A stretch of DNA of 64,000 nucleotides from Escherichia phage Cyrano. The stretch is from sequence record OV696614; one strand, given 5' to 3'. The notes under the pieces are model-generated. The model saw only the letters and a program-made list of their open reading frames with translations, searched no databases and was not told the origin of the DNA. A program made the position numbers and the translations under genes. Shown one piece after another: positions 1 through 10,287 of this stretch (position 1 is the stretch's first letter; each line of letters opens with the position of its first letter).

Positions 1-134
1 ATATATACGGAAGCAGGCTTAGTAAGACATGCCCAGACCTAATTAAACACCCCAGAAAACAAGTTGGTTAGAAGATGCAGTAAACAAGTTGTTTTAGAGC
101 GCATGGACGCGCTCTGTGTGTTTTAGAGGGATCT

Positions 135-767
135 ATGACGGTCGAAAAAGACGAGGTAAAAACTCGCCTGACACCAGCGGAGTGGGCCGAAGCTGAAGCC
201 AAATGGACGTCAGGCGAATATACACTCTCAAAGCTGGAGGAAGAGTACGGCATTCGTCGTGAAACACTCTCCAGACATTTCAAAAAGCGAGGATTAGAGA
301 AAGGCGCGGACTCTGTTGGGAAGATGGTTCGTGAGTCTCTTAAATCTGACGCAGAGCTTCGCGCTAAAGCCCGTGCGGAAAAGATAGAAGAACGTCGTAC
401 ACGTTATGACGGCTGGGCGTATGCGTTGGGGCAGATGGTGATGGTCGAAGTCACTACGGCCAAACGTGAGGGTAAGCCTTTAGGGGCGATTGAGGATTCT
501 CTCAAGAGCTTACAGAGAGCCAGTAATACCCTTGCAAAATGCTTTGAAGTTTCGTCCAAAGCATTGGGCATGGATCATGCGGAAAATGACGAGGAAGAAA
601 TTCCGAACCTGGTATTTGGTGAGCTTACGCCTTCCCAGGTGGCGAAATTACGTCAGGAAGACGACGAGCCTGAAATCATCGATGACGAATTGCTTGAGAC
701 GTTGGAAGAAGAAGCTCTAAGCGAATTTGATGCGACAGATGATGGAAGTGAAGGGGAGGACGAATAA
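135..767 (+). CDS. putative terminase small subunit
   Basis: 210 aa; HTH-like N-terminal region, acidic C-terminus; stop overlaps start of the large terminase gene (ATAATGG); position immediately upstream of terminase large subunit. Confidence 0.5.
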   Translation: MTVEKDEVKTRLTPAEWAEAEAKWTSGEYTLSKLEEEYGIRRETLSRHFKKRGLEKGADSVGKMVRESLKSDAELRAKARAEKIEERRTRYDGWAYALGQMVMVEVTTAKREGKPLGAIEDSLKSLQRASNTLAKCFEVSSKALGMDHAENDEEEIPNLVFGELTPSQVAKLRQEDDEPEIIDDELLETLEEEALSEFDATDDGSEGEDE

Positions 768-2023
768 TGGCAATCCCGTCCTCGCTCAGTCTTGTGCAAC
801 TGCATTCTGGACAGATGAAAGTCTTCCAGTCTCCGCATCGATTTAAAGTTGTTTGTGCTGGTCGACGCTGGGGAAAATCCCGGTTGTCGATCTCCACTAT
901 TATTCGTGCGGCGGCAAAGGAAAAAAAGCAAAGGGTCTGGTATGTCGCTCCTACTTACCAGATGGCTCGCCAGATTTTGTGGGACGATCTACAGGAAGTT
1001 CTGCCTCGTAAGTGGGTTAGGAAAAAGAACGACACCACGATGACAATCGTGTTGAAGAACGGTTCGGAGATCGCCCTCAAAGGTGCTGATAAGCCTGACA
1101 CTCTGCGCGGCGTAGCGTTGCATTTTGTAGTGCTTGATGAATTTCAAGATATGAAGGCTGACACCTGGTACAAGGTGTTACGACCTACTCTTTCATCGAC
1201 ACGCGGCGGTGCACTGATCATTGGTACGCCAAAAGGCTTCTCGGAATTTCACAAACTGTGGACTATAGGCCAGAACGTAGAGCTGCAAAGAAAGGGACAG
1301 TGGAAGAGCTGGCAGTTTGTAACTGCCGATTCTCCGTTTGTACCTACGGCGGAAATTGAAGCTGCTAAGAACGATATGGACCCGAAATCGTTCGCTCAGG
1401 AGTACCTGGCGAGCTTTGAGAACATGTCCGGGCGCGTTTACTACCCGTTCGATCGTAACGTGCATGTAAAACCGCTTCAGTTCAACCCTCGGTTGCCTAT
1501 ATGGGTAGGGCAGGACTTCAACATTGACCCGATGTCTTCAGTAATTTTGCAACCTCAGCCAAATGGTGAGCTATGGGCAATTGATGAATTGGTGCTCTTT
1601 TCCTCTAACACGGCAGAGGTTTGTGATGAGCTTGAGAGACGCTTCTGGCGCTGGAAATCACAGATAACGGTATTTCCAGATCCGGCAGGTGCTTATCGCC
1701 AACATGCTCGCGGGGAGTCTGACGTCGACATATTCAAAGAGAAGGGATTCTTACGTGTCGATTATTCGAAAAAGCACCCGCCAATTGCGGATCGTGTTAA
1801 TGCTGTTAACCGAATGCTGATGACCGCATCTGGAGATATCCGGCTGTATATCGATCCGAAGTGCAAGCATTTGATTGATTCACTGGAAAAAGTCATCTAC
1901 AAGCCTGGAACACGAGATATGGATAAGACAGGTGGCATTGAGCATAGTGCAGACGCATTGGGCTATCCAGTACATCGTAGGTATCCAGTCAAAAACCGTG
2001 TTATTCTTGGTGGTTCTCGATAG
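767..2023 (+). CDS. terminase large subunit
   Basis: 418 aa; Walker A-like VVCAGRRWGKS and Walker B-like VVLDEFQD; followed by portal gene. Confidence 0.75.
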   Translation: MAIPSSLSLVQLHSGQMKVFQSPHRFKVVCAGRRWGKSRLSISTIIRAAAKEKKQRVWYVAPTYQMARQILWDDLQEVLPRKWVRKKNDTTMTIVLKNGSEIALKGADKPDTLRGVALHFVVLDEFQDMKADTWYKVLRPTLSSTRGGALIIGTPKGFSEFHKLWTIGQNVELQRKGQWKSWQFVTADSPFVPTAEIEAAKNDMDPKSFAQEYLASFENMSGRVYYPFDRNVHVKPLQFNPRLPIWVGQDFNIDPMSSVILQPQPNGELWAIDELVLFSSNTAEVCDELERRFWRWKSQITVFPDPAGAYRQHARGESDVDIFKEKGFLRVDYSKKHPPIADRVNAVNRMLMTASGDIRLYIDPKCKHLIDSLEKVIYKPGTRDMDKTGGIEHSADALGYPVHRRYPVKNRVILGGSR

Positions 2024-2049
2024 GTAAGTAACTATCTAAGGTTATTCAA

Positions 2050-3624
2050 ATGGAATTGAACGACAAACAAATTAAGGATCTGGTGGCGCGACGCCACCCG
2101 GAATACGAAAAGAAAAAAGAACATTGGGACTTCCTCGCCAGCACTTACGCTGGCGGGCGTGGTTGGTTTACAGACAATATCTTTCGTTACTTTAAAGAGG
2201 GAGATCAGGAGTTTAAGGAGCGAGTTGAACGTGCTTATCGCTTCAACCACACTCGTGAGGTGGTAAACCTCATCAACAAATATCTCTTTAAAGAAGACAT
2301 TCATAGAAATATCGAAGAGGCACCAGAGCAGATCCGCAATTTCTGGAAACGTGCGACTCGCCAGAATGCCTCTATTGACTCATTTATGGCCGCTATTGAT
2401 TTGCAGTCGTCTATTTACGGTCGCATATGGGTTGTTGTCGATAGCACGATGAGTGGTGATGTTGAGTCAGTAGCTGACGAGAAAAAGAAAGATGCTCGCG
2501 CCTACGCCTACTGGATTTCACCTCAGCAAATGCTGGATGTGGCATGGGACGACGACGGGAATATGTTGTGGGCGTTAATTGTGGAAGTCGCTCGTGATGA
2601 CGCAGATCCTTTTACTTCTACAGGTCAGGAATACCAACGTTATCGTCTGTGGACACAAAACGAGTGGTATCTGTTCCGTGAGGAAGTGAAGAAGGGCGCT
2701 GGTGGAGCAGGTCGCCGTCAGGCAAAAGTTATTTTAGAGGATAGCGGTGAGCATAATCTCGGCGTAGTTCCTGTGTTTCCTGTTGATTGTATTGGAGAAA
2801 GTGAATCACCGTATTTCAGCCCATCGTTGATCGATGATATCGCTTATCTTGATCGTGCGGTTGCAAACTATCTGTCAAACCTTGATGCCATTATTCAGGA
2901 TCAGACATTTAGCCAGTTGGCTATACCGGTACAGTCGCTTTTACCTGGTGATGAAAACCACACTAAAGTGCTTGAAATGGGCACAAAGCGAGTCTTCACC
3001 TACGATTCTGAAGGTGGAAACCAGCCGTTTTATCTGTCACCAGACCCGAAACAAGCTCAGATGATCATCACTACGATTAAGACGGTGATTAACGAAATCT
3101 ACCATTCAGTTGGTGTAGCTGGTGAGCGAACGAAGCAGGACAACGCACAGGGAATCGATAATTCATCTGGTGCCGCAAAAATGTATGACTTCCAGCGTGT
3201 AAATAGCTTGCTTGTCACAAAAGCAGAGCGTCTGGAAAGGGCTGAACGCCAAATCATGCTACTGGTTGCGAAATGGATGGGGGTAGATCTGGACGAAGAC
3301 CACTCTTTAATTGCATATCCAGAAAGTTTCGATATTCGTGGCCTTACTGATGAATTTTCTGTTGCCGAGAAACTGTCATTACTTCAGGCACCGGACTCTG
3401 TACGTCGTCACCAGATGGAAATGCTTATTGAGAAGATTTTCCCGAACATTACTGAGGCGATGAAAAAGGAATTTGATAAAGATCTCTTGAATTTTCCTCC
3501 AAAAAATGATCTAAATACCCTTGAAAATAAGTCAGTACTTACTTATGATCGTGGTGCAGCCCAAGAAAGCGGGCAAGATCAACCCCGAGGGAATGGGGAC
3601 TCATCTACTCAAGAGAACGAGTGA
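2050..3624 (+). CDS. putative portal protein
   Basis: 524 aa, size and position between terminase and scaffold/capsid genes; RBS AAGG before ATG. Confidence 0.55.
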   Translation: MELNDKQIKDLVARRHPEYEKKKEHWDFLASTYAGGRGWFTDNIFRYFKEGDQEFKERVERAYRFNHTREVVNLINKYLFKEDIHRNIEEAPEQIRNFWKRATRQNASIDSFMAAIDLQSSIYGRIWVVVDSTMSGDVESVADEKKKDARAYAYWISPQQMLDVAWDDDGNMLWALIVEVARDDADPFTSTGQEYQRYRLWTQNEWYLFREEVKKGAGGAGRRQAKVILEDSGEHNLGVVPVFPVDCIGESESPYFSPSLIDDIAYLDRAVANYLSNLDAIIQDQTFSQLAIPVQSLLPGDENHTKVLEMGTKRVFTYDSEGGNQPFYLSPDPKQAQMIITTIKTVINEIYHSVGVAGERTKQDNAQGIDNSSGAAKMYDFQRVNSLLVTKAERLERAERQIMLLVAKWMGVDLDEDHSLIAYPESFDIRGLTDEFSVAEKLSLLQAPDSVRRHQMEMLIEKIFPNITEAMKKEFDKDLLNFPPKNDLNTLENKSVLTYDRGAAQESGQDQPRGNGDSSTQENE

Positions 3625-3645
3625 TAAGTAACAAAAGGAATTTTT

Positions 3646-4533
3646 ATGAATCTGTGGCAAATGCTTTTGGCCCGTCGTGGTCTGATGGATGTCGCTGAAG
3701 CGCATGAGCGTGGAGGCGCTGGCGGTGTAGCTGCTGATAATGAGCAGAGTACACAAGATCCTGACAAACAGGGTGAACAAAAAGAGCAGCCGAAGGGCGA
3801 TGACGAATACGCTGGCATGACTCAGGAAGAGTTACTGGCCGAACTTCGTAAAACCAAGAAAGCTGGTGCTGAACTGCTGAAGGAGAACATGAAGCGCAAA
3901 GAGAAAGAGCGCACATTGGCCGATCAGCTTGCTCAGTACGGTGATATCGATCCGGCTCGTGCTCGCCAGCTTTTAGAAGCTGAACAGGCCGCAGAAAACG
4001 CACGTCGTGAGGCGGAGCAAGCTGAACTGGAGCGTCGTGGTGAGTTCGATGCTGTTAAAAAACAGATGATCGAAGCACACCAGGCAGAGCTGGCACAGCG
4101 TGACGAACGTTATGCAGCACTGGAAAGTGAAAACGCATCACTGAAATCTCAATTAGTCGAGATGACCGTGGGCGCTTCCTTCAGTAACTCTCTCTTCCTA
4201 CGTGACAAAGTTCTGATGACCCCGGCAAAAGCCCGCGTGATCTACGGTTCTCATTTTGAAGTGGGTGAAGACGGTAGCGTAGTGGGTTATGACAAACCGG
4301 CAGGTCACAAAGAACGAGCTGTTCTGGTTGACGGTGAAGGTAAGCCGTTGCCGTTTGAATCCGCGATTGAACGCATTGTGCGGGCAGATCCGGAAGCTGA
4401 CGCATTGATGCGTAGCGAAGCCAAGCAGGGTGTAGGCTCACATTCCAAATCGACCTACACAATATCCCAACCGAAGAACAAGTCGACTATGGATAAGTTG
4501 GCCTCCGGTCTGGGGAAAATTGGACTTAAGTAA
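3646..4533 (+). CDS. putative scaffolding protein
   Basis: 295 aa, highly charged, long predicted coiled-coil (EQAAENARREAEQAELERR), located directly upstream of capsid gene. Confidence 0.5.
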   Translation: MNLWQMLLARRGLMDVAEAHERGGAGGVAADNEQSTQDPDKQGEQKEQPKGDDEYAGMTQEELLAELRKTKKAGAELLKENMKRKEKERTLADQLAQYGDIDPARARQLLEAEQAAENARREAEQAELERRGEFDAVKKQMIEAHQAELAQRDERYAALESENASLKSQLVEMTVGASFSNSLFLRDKVLMTPAKARVIYGSHFEVGEDGSVVGYDKPAGHKERAVLVDGEGKPLPFESAIERIVRADPEADALMRSEAKQGVGSHSKSTYTISQPKNKSTMDKLASGLGKIGLK

Positions 4534-4558
4534 CATCTAAATCAAAGGGAATTGATAG

Positions 4559-5434
4559 ATGCCATTACTGCGTGAAGAAGCTGAAAAGCTGTCTAACAAC
4601 GAACTTGAACAGGGTGTGATCGAAACTATCATCGATCGCGATGACCTGTTTGCCATCCTGCCTTTTATGAAAATTAATTCAAAGGCATATCTGTACAACC
4701 GTGAAAAAACGCTGAGTGAAGCTACCTTCATCGACGTTAACGACACCATCCCTGAAGGTGCAGCAACCTTCGAAGAATGCGTTGCGAAACTGCGTATTCT
4801 GGCTGGTGACGTAGACGTTGATAAATTCCTGGCGACCACTATGGCCGACACCAACAACCAGTTGGCTATTCAGGTTCGTCAGAAAGTTAAAGGTCTGGCT
4901 CGTGCGTTCCGTCGCAACCTGATTTTGGGTGACTCCAGCTCCAACAACAAGGCGTTTGACGGCATTCCACGCCTGATGCACGCAGATCAGAAGATCGATA
5001 TCGCCGGTGCATCTATGACTTTCTCTATGTTCGACGAACTGGTCGATGCGGTGAAAGATCTTGGTGCTGACTGCATCATGATGCGTTCAGAGCACCTGCG
5101 TGCTTACCGTGCGCTGCTGCGTACAGTAAACGTAGGTCCGTCTGAAATCATGATGGAGAACTTCGGTCGTCCGATGCTGTGTCATAACGGCGTTCCGTTC
5201 ATCATCAACGACTTCATCCCGACCGATTCTGGCAAAGCAAGCATCTACTGCCTGCATCTGTCAGAAGAGAACGGCGTTACTGGTCTGTATGGCGGCGACA
5301 ACGCAGGTATCGTTGTTGAAAACATTGGTACTGTACAGAACAAAGACGCAGTACGTACCCGTGTGAAGTGGTACTGCTCTCTGGCGAATAAGCACGATAA
5401 GGCTATCGCTGCACTGACCAATGTAAAAATTTAA
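4559..5434 (+). CDS. putative major capsid protein
   Basis: 291 aa; position after scaffold; followed by strong hairpin terminator; no signature I can name with certainty. Confidence 0.5.
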   Translation: MPLLREEAEKLSNNELEQGVIETIIDRDDLFAILPFMKINSKAYLYNREKTLSEATFIDVNDTIPEGAATFEECVAKLRILAGDVDVDKFLATTMADTNNQLAIQVRQKVKGLARAFRRNLILGDSSSNNKAFDGIPRLMHADQKIDIAGASMTFSMFDELVDAVKDLGADCIMMRSEHLRAYRALLRTVNVGPSEIMMENFGRPMLCHNGVPFIINDFIPTDSGKASIYCLHLSEENGVTGLYGGDNAGIVVENIGTVQNKDAVRTRVKWYCSLANKHDKAIAALTNVKI

Positions 5435-5468
5435 TCAGTGAAGTAGATAAGTAATTATCTATGTTAAA

Positions 5469-5496
5469 GGGTGGGCTATACGCCCACCCTTTTTGT
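5469..5496 (+). terminator. rho-independent terminator after capsid gene
   Basis: GGGTGGGC-tata-CGCCCACCC hairpin followed by TTTTTGT. Confidence 0.7.
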
Positions 5497-5507
5497 AGGA
5501 GCGAGAA

Positions 5508-6428
5508 ATGCCAGAACAAAAGATGAAGATTACGGAAGAGGCATTTTCGGATTTTACGGGGCATATGTGCCGTGCCGGATTTACCAATTCTATCTCCGAT
5601 GAACCTTTAACCGAGCGACAACAAAGTCAGCTATCTGCTTGTTTGCAGGCGGTTCCCTTCTCCCAATCCGTAAACATAACCCCGGCTTCACCGTCAGTTT
5701 TGGTTGGGAAAACTGTTCAACTTAGTGCAGGTATTACTATGGGTAAGAGTGCCAGTTCATTCACCTGGAAGTCAGCCAATGATCAAATTGCAACCGTCAA
5801 CGGCACTGGATTAGTAACTGGCGTAGCACCAGGCAAAGTGAAAATTACCGCAACTGATCAGGAAACCCAGCTTTCCGCGTCAGTGGAAGTCACCGTAAAT
5901 CCGGTAGCCGTTCAATCCGTAACGGTAACGCCAGACTCAACCTCTGTTGAGAAAGGGAAATCAGTCAGTCTGAAAGCGAATGTTCAGCCGTCAAATGCGA
6001 CGAATAAGGCAGTTACTTGGTCTTCCAAAAATGAAGACAAGGCAACGGTAGACCAGAGCGGGAACGTTACTGGTGTAGAAGTTGGCACTGCGACGATTGA
6101 GATCGTTTCCCAAGATGGCAGCAAAAAGGGAACTGCAACGGTGGAAGTAACTGCGCCTGTTGTGGCTGTTACCGGCGTCGAAATCGACCCAAATAGCACA
6201 ACCGTTGAGGCAAACAAAACTGTTCAGCTGACCGCAAATGTCGAGCCGGCAGGAGCAACAAATAAAACCGTTACTTGGGAATCCAAAAATACCGAGTTTG
6301 CAACGGTGGATAGCGAAACCGGTGTTGTAACTGGCGTTGCGGCTGGTACTGCCACAATCGAGGTTACTACCCAAGATGGTAGCCACAAAGCGACAGCGAC
6401 CGTAGAAGTCACTGCTGCACAGGAATAA
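5508..6428 (+). CDS. bacterial Ig-like (Big_2-type) repeat protein, possible capsid decoration protein
   Basis: 306 aa; repeated ~80 aa units (VKITATDQ.., TATIEIVSQDGSKKGTATVEVTA.., TATIEVTTQDGSHKATATVEVTA); same domain type recurs at C-terminus of major tail protein. Confidence 0.6.
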   Translation: MPEQKMKITEEAFSDFTGHMCRAGFTNSISDEPLTERQQSQLSACLQAVPFSQSVNITPASPSVLVGKTVQLSAGITMGKSASSFTWKSANDQIATVNGTGLVTGVAPGKVKITATDQETQLSASVEVTVNPVAVQSVTVTPDSTSVEKGKSVSLKANVQPSNATNKAVTWSSKNEDKATVDQSGNVTGVEVGTATIEIVSQDGSKKGTATVEVTAPVVAVTGVEIDPNSTTVEANKTVQLTANVEPAGATNKTVTWESKNTEFATVDSETGVVTGVAAGTATIEVTTQDGSHKATATVEVTAAQE

Positions 6429-6472
6429 TCAATATTGGGCGGCGAAAGCCGCCCATGTAGAGAGAATGCGTT

Positions 6473-6907
6473 ATGAAACCAGCAAAAATTGTTTTATTAG
6501 AACCGCAATTTTCCGGTTATTCGGGAATGTTGTGCGGCGTTCAGTTCGAGAACGGGGTGTCCGTAGCGGAGTTGCCTTTTATCGATCAGCAAAGGATTTG
6601 TGCCTCAATGCGAGCATCAACAGTCGAGGGCAAAAATGTTTCTCCGTCTGCCGCATACAGTGATCGTGGTGAATTGACAGCAGACCTGATTACCGAGCCA
6701 GCAGCGCCTGACATTGCGCCAATGAAACGTGGGACACCAGATGAACCGGCCAAACAGATCCAGACTTTCACACGAGAAGAACTGGAGTCAATTGCAGACA
6801 ACGAAGGTATTGCCGGTCTACGAGTTATTGGTAATCAGGTTGGTGTCAAAGCGAAAGGAATTGTCGAAATGATTGACGGCATCCTGAAAGCACAAGGTGG
6901 TGAGTAA
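6473..6907 (+). CDS. hypothetical virion-module protein
   Basis: 144 aa ORF in structural gene run, no recognisable motif. Confidence 0.4.
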   Translation: MKPAKIVLLEPQFSGYSGMLCGVQFENGVSVAELPFIDQQRICASMRASTVEGKNVSPSAAYSDRGELTADLITEPAAPDIAPMKRGTPDEPAKQIQTFTREELESIADNEGIAGLRVIGNQVGVKAKGIVEMIDGILKAQGGE

Positions 6908-7740
6908 TGGCGCAGATCGACTCGTATCGTAGCGGTGAAGCTGTTTCTCTTTCATTTGCCTTCAACGTGCTGGATATCGAATCTGCCACCTACACAGTAA
7001 AGGACAGCACCGGGGCTATTCTCGTTGATGGCGAGCCGCTAGAAATTACCAACGGTCAAATGTCGATTCCGGTTGTCGTGTCGGCTGAATATAACCAGCT
7101 CTCTGAGAAAGAGCGAGATCTGCGGTACGTCATTGTGAAGGCTGTTGCATCGGGTCTGACGCATGAAGAGCGGCAAATGTATGTTCTGCTGAATAGTTTT
7201 GAACTGTCGATACCAGAACAGTCGTTTGCAACTGTCGCTGATGCTCAAATGCAGGCGATCGATATGCTGAATGGGGACACTTTGCTGTCGGATGGTGAAG
7301 GCTTAATGCGCAAGCGTCTCATTGAGGCTACCAGACGAATTAAAACTTTACCGTTCTCAATCCGCAAAATTCTACGTATCGACTTTGACCGATACGATCG
7401 CCCTCAAAATATGCTGAATGTGTATGACATTCCGTGGGGAGCAGATGGAGCGTACCGGCATGATTTAGTCGATTGGGAAAAGATGACGCAGGAGAAGTTT
7501 GAAGAGTTCCCTGACTACTTCAAAGAAGCGTTGATGCTTGCCGTTGTCAACGAAGCGTGTGAGATCGCAAATGGCAATGATGTTGCCGCAGCACGAGAGG
7601 ATGGCATTTTGTCAGAGTCAATCGGTGAAACAACCAACATGTACCGTACCGGTAAAGCTGCAAACGTTCATGTGGCTCGCAGTACCTGGCGCTTGCTGGT
7701 CAGTTACATCAACAACCGTATGATTGTTCGCCGTGCGTAA
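6907..7740 (+). CDS. hypothetical virion-module protein
   Basis: 277 aa ORF, start overlaps previous stop (TAATGG). Confidence 0.4.
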   Translation: MAQIDSYRSGEAVSLSFAFNVLDIESATYTVKDSTGAILVDGEPLEITNGQMSIPVVVSAEYNQLSEKERDLRYVIVKAVASGLTHEERQMYVLLNSFELSIPEQSFATVADAQMQAIDMLNGDTLLSDGEGLMRKRLIEATRRIKTLPFSIRKILRIDFDRYDRPQNMLNVYDIPWGADGAYRHDLVDWEKMTQEKFEEFPDYFKEALMLAVVNEACEIANGNDVAAAREDGILSESIGETTNMYRTGKAANVHVARSTWRLLVSYINNRMIVRRA

Positions 7741-7819
7741 CGCCAGTCGCATTATTTACTTTTGGTCGAAAGGGTTTTTGGCCAGTAATGAGAGCGACCG
7801 ACAACAACAGAGAGAGAGC

Positions 7820-8164
7820 ATGAATATTTCGTGGCAAACAGAAATTGCGATCTACCGCTTTGGCGCAAAGAACGTTTACGGCGAGGCGCAATTACAATTC
7901 GTCAGGAAGACGAATGTCGGCGTGGTTAAGTTCGAACAGAGTAATGAGAAATCGTCAGTTCGTGCTGATAGCTCTGGTAGTCGTGGTAAGGCGAGTCTGG
8001 AGCTGTTTGATGCTGTGTTAGTTGTCCCTTTAGAAGCGGCTGTACAACTTGATGATGTGCTGATCCTTGAAGGTCAAAAATTAAAGGTGTCCAGTGTTCA
8101 TCGCCGCTGGGGGCTACGAGGAAGACCTGGGCATCTTGAAGTAGGGGCGAATATATGGGTCTGA
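7820..8164 (+). CDS. hypothetical head-tail joining protein
   Basis: ORF-track ORF 7724..8164 trimmed to internal ATG at 7820 to avoid overlap with upstream gene; position only. Confidence 0.3.
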   Translation: MNISWQTEIAIYRFGAKNVYGEAQLQFVRKTNVGVVKFEQSNEKSSVRADSSGSRGKASLELFDAVLVVPLEAAVQLDDVLILEGQKLKVSSVHRRWGLRGRPGHLEVGANIWV

Positions 8165-8628
8165 AATACGATGCGCATCAGTTCAAACGTGCGGGGAATC
8201 GACTCAACAACAGCCAGAAAGCATTTAAGCGATATCTTATCCGTGACATGGAAAAGCTGGCGCGTTTGGTTGAGCGTCTCAGCCGTGCAATGGCCCCGCT
8301 GGAAACCGGATCTCTGGAGACAGCCATCTTTGCCAGGGTGATTAAAGAAGGTTATTCAGGGCTGCGTATTGAGCTTTCTGTGTCTGGAGCAAAACCACGT
8401 CAGGGGCATCCGGGCGTAGAAGTAGGTGACTATGCTAAGTACATGGAGCTGGGTAAATACCGACTCGGTTATCTTTCTCGAATGAAGAGCGTGACAAACC
8501 CACCAATTGCCGGTGTTAAACCTCGTGTTGGGCCACACTTTCTGGAAAGAGCGGTGGAAATTAGCGAGAAGCAGTTCTCAGAAGCGATTCTTGAGGCTGC
8601 CAGAAAAGCCGGTTTTACGAGAGGTTAA
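8155..8628 (+). CDS. hypothetical head-tail/virion morphogenesis protein
   Basis: 157 aa, position between head and tail genes. Confidence 0.4.
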   Translation: MGLKYDAHQFKRAGNRLNNSQKAFKRYLIRDMEKLARLVERLSRAMAPLETGSLETAIFARVIKEGYSGLRIELSVSGAKPRQGHPGVEVGDYAKYMELGKYRLGYLSRMKSVTNPPIAGVKPRVGPHFLERAVEISEKQFSEAILEAARKAGFTRG

Positions 8629-8629
8629 T

Positions 8630-9013
8630 GTGTTTATTGAAGCGTTTGCAAGTTTGATGCAGAAGGCAAAGATTGGCACGGTCGGGACTGACATTTTCTG
8701 TCACTACTTGCCTGCCAATGTGAAATCTGGCGTCCTGCTTATTAACCCAAATACCGGTATCAGCATCGATCATGAGCTACAGGGCTTTTATCACGAATCA
8801 TTCACAATCATTGTGCGTGGTTCGTCAATTACTACGACGGTTGAGAAAGCCAATAAAATCATTGAGATGTTTCCAGTAGAGGAAACGGAATCTGGTGGTG
8901 TTTATTTTCGACTGGTACGACCGATGGCGATGCCAATCATTTATCCCAAAAATGATGGGGCATTAATAGAAGCAGGCATTCCTGTTGAATTTGCTGGCTA
9001 TTTATTGAATTAA
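8630..9013 (+). CDS. hypothetical tail completion protein
   Basis: ORF-track ORF 8507..9013 trimmed to GTG at 8630 preceded by GAGAGG; upstream part would overlap previous gene by >100 nt. Confidence 0.3.
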   Translation: MFIEAFASLMQKAKIGTVGTDIFCHYLPANVKSGVLLINPNTGISIDHELQGFYHESFTIIVRGSSITTTVEKANKIIEMFPVEETESGGVYFRLVRPMAMPIIYPKNDGALIEAGIPVEFAGYLLN

Positions 9014-9087
9014 GTTAATCGGTAAGTATATACTTACTATTAGCGCAATGAATGCGTAGAATTAACGGAAAAAGGAGTTTTCCATCA

Positions 9088-9834
9088 ATGTCTAATACCC
9101 ATGTAAAAAACATCAAACTTGGTGCCTGTAAGGTGTCGTTTGGTGGTGTGGATTTGGGTTACACCAAAGGTGGTGTTCAGGTTGAAGTAGCCACTGAAAC
9201 GCTGAAAGTCACCGTCGATCAGTTGGGGCAGACCGTAATTTCCGAATTAGTTCAGGGGCGCAACATTACCATCACCGCGCCTCTGGCTGAGTCTGTACTC
9301 CAAAACATGGTTGACCTGATGCCTGGTTCTACTCTGAGCGAAGATGACAACTCTGTCACGATCACATCTGCACAGGGCGTTAACCTGATTGATGTGGCGA
9401 AGGAGCTGGTTCTGACTCCGCAGGACACCACCGACTATGTGTTGACCATCCCGAAAGCGGCAACCGCGGGCAACTTCACTATGACCTACCAGTCTGATGA
9501 TGTTCGTGTGTTCTCTGTTCAGTTCAGCGCATACCCGGATGATGAAGGCGTTCTGGGCAAAATGAGCGGCCCTAAACCGGTAAAAACTGTGTCGATCTCA
9601 CCGGAATCTCCAACCGTAAAAGCTGGAGAAACTGTGCAACTGACAGCCGAAATCACTCCAGCTGATGCCGCAGACAAAACCGGTGTTTGGGAATCCGAAG
9701 ACCAGGAAAAGGCCACGGTAGATCAAACGGGTCTGGTACGTGGTGTGGCGCAGGGTTCTACAAATATCTCCTTCACCAGCAATAGCGGTGGTAAGAAGGC
9801 AACTAAGTCAGTAACGATTAATCCCGCAGATTAA
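9088..9834 (+). CDS. putative major tail protein with C-terminal Ig-like domain
   Basis: ATG at 9088 preceded by AAAGGAG; C-terminal ~85 aa is a Big_2-type Ig domain as in many siphovirus tail tube proteins; followed by hairpin terminator and G/T-like genes. Confidence 0.55.
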   Translation: MSNTHVKNIKLGACKVSFGGVDLGYTKGGVQVEVATETLKVTVDQLGQTVISELVQGRNITITAPLAESVLQNMVDLMPGSTLSEDDNSVTITSAQGVNLIDVAKELVLTPQDTTDYVLTIPKAATAGNFTMTYQSDDVRVFSVQFSAYPDDEGVLGKMSGPKPVKTVSISPESPTVKAGETVQLTAEITPADAADKTGVWESEDQEKATVDQTGLVRGVAQGSTNISFTSNSGGKKATKSVTINPAD

Positions 9835-9846
9835 TCAGTAATTAAG

Positions 9847-9875
9847 CAGAGGCTCAGGATGGGCCTCTCTTTTAA
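9847..9875 (+). terminator. putative terminator after major tail gene
   Basis: AGAGGC-tcaggatg-GCCTCT hairpin followed by CTTTTAAAA. Confidence 0.45.
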
Positions 9876-9889
9876 AAGGATTTTAACCA

Positions 9890-10207
9890 ATGACCAAATT
9901 ACTCGATCTCGATTCCATTCTGCCTCCGAAGAAAAGCATCAAATTTGGCGGTCAGGAATATCCCATCGTTGAAATGACGGTAGGTCTGTTCGTTTCCATC
10001 AAGCAGATGGAAGGTAAAGATCTCATGAACATGTCTCCTGTTGAGCAAGTGACAGCTTATGCAGATCTGGTTCGTAAGGTTATCCCTTCAGTACCTGACG
10101 AAGTTCTTGAAAAACTGACTGTTCCGCAACTCCAGCAGATCTTCACCTTCGCTATGGAAGTGATTGATGAAGAAAACGAAAAAGCGGCTGGCGAAGGGGC
10201 AAAGTAA
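9890..10207 (+). CDS. tail assembly chaperone (lambda G-like)
   Basis: 105 aa acidic protein immediately upstream of tape measure gene. Confidence 0.5.
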   Translation: MTKLLDLDSILPPKKSIKFGGQEYPIVEMTVGLFVSIKQMEGKDLMNMSPVEQVTAYADLVRKVIPSVPDEVLEKLTVPQLQQIFTFAMEVIDEENEKAAGEGAK

Positions 10208-10287
10208 TTTCCCGCGATGAATCCGGGACAAGGACCGTCTCAATAGATCTCGGATTCTATTTCAGTCGTGTAGTTGCTCACTACGCC

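Noticed and set aside
6437-6453. Hairpin GGGCGGC-gaaa-GCCGCCC after the Ig-like protein gene, and CTGCCCCG-acc-GGGGCAG at 15150-15167 after the tape measure gene, as terminators
   Set aside because: Stable stems but no downstream U tract on the + strand, so not called as intrinsic terminators; they may be RNA stability or processing elements.
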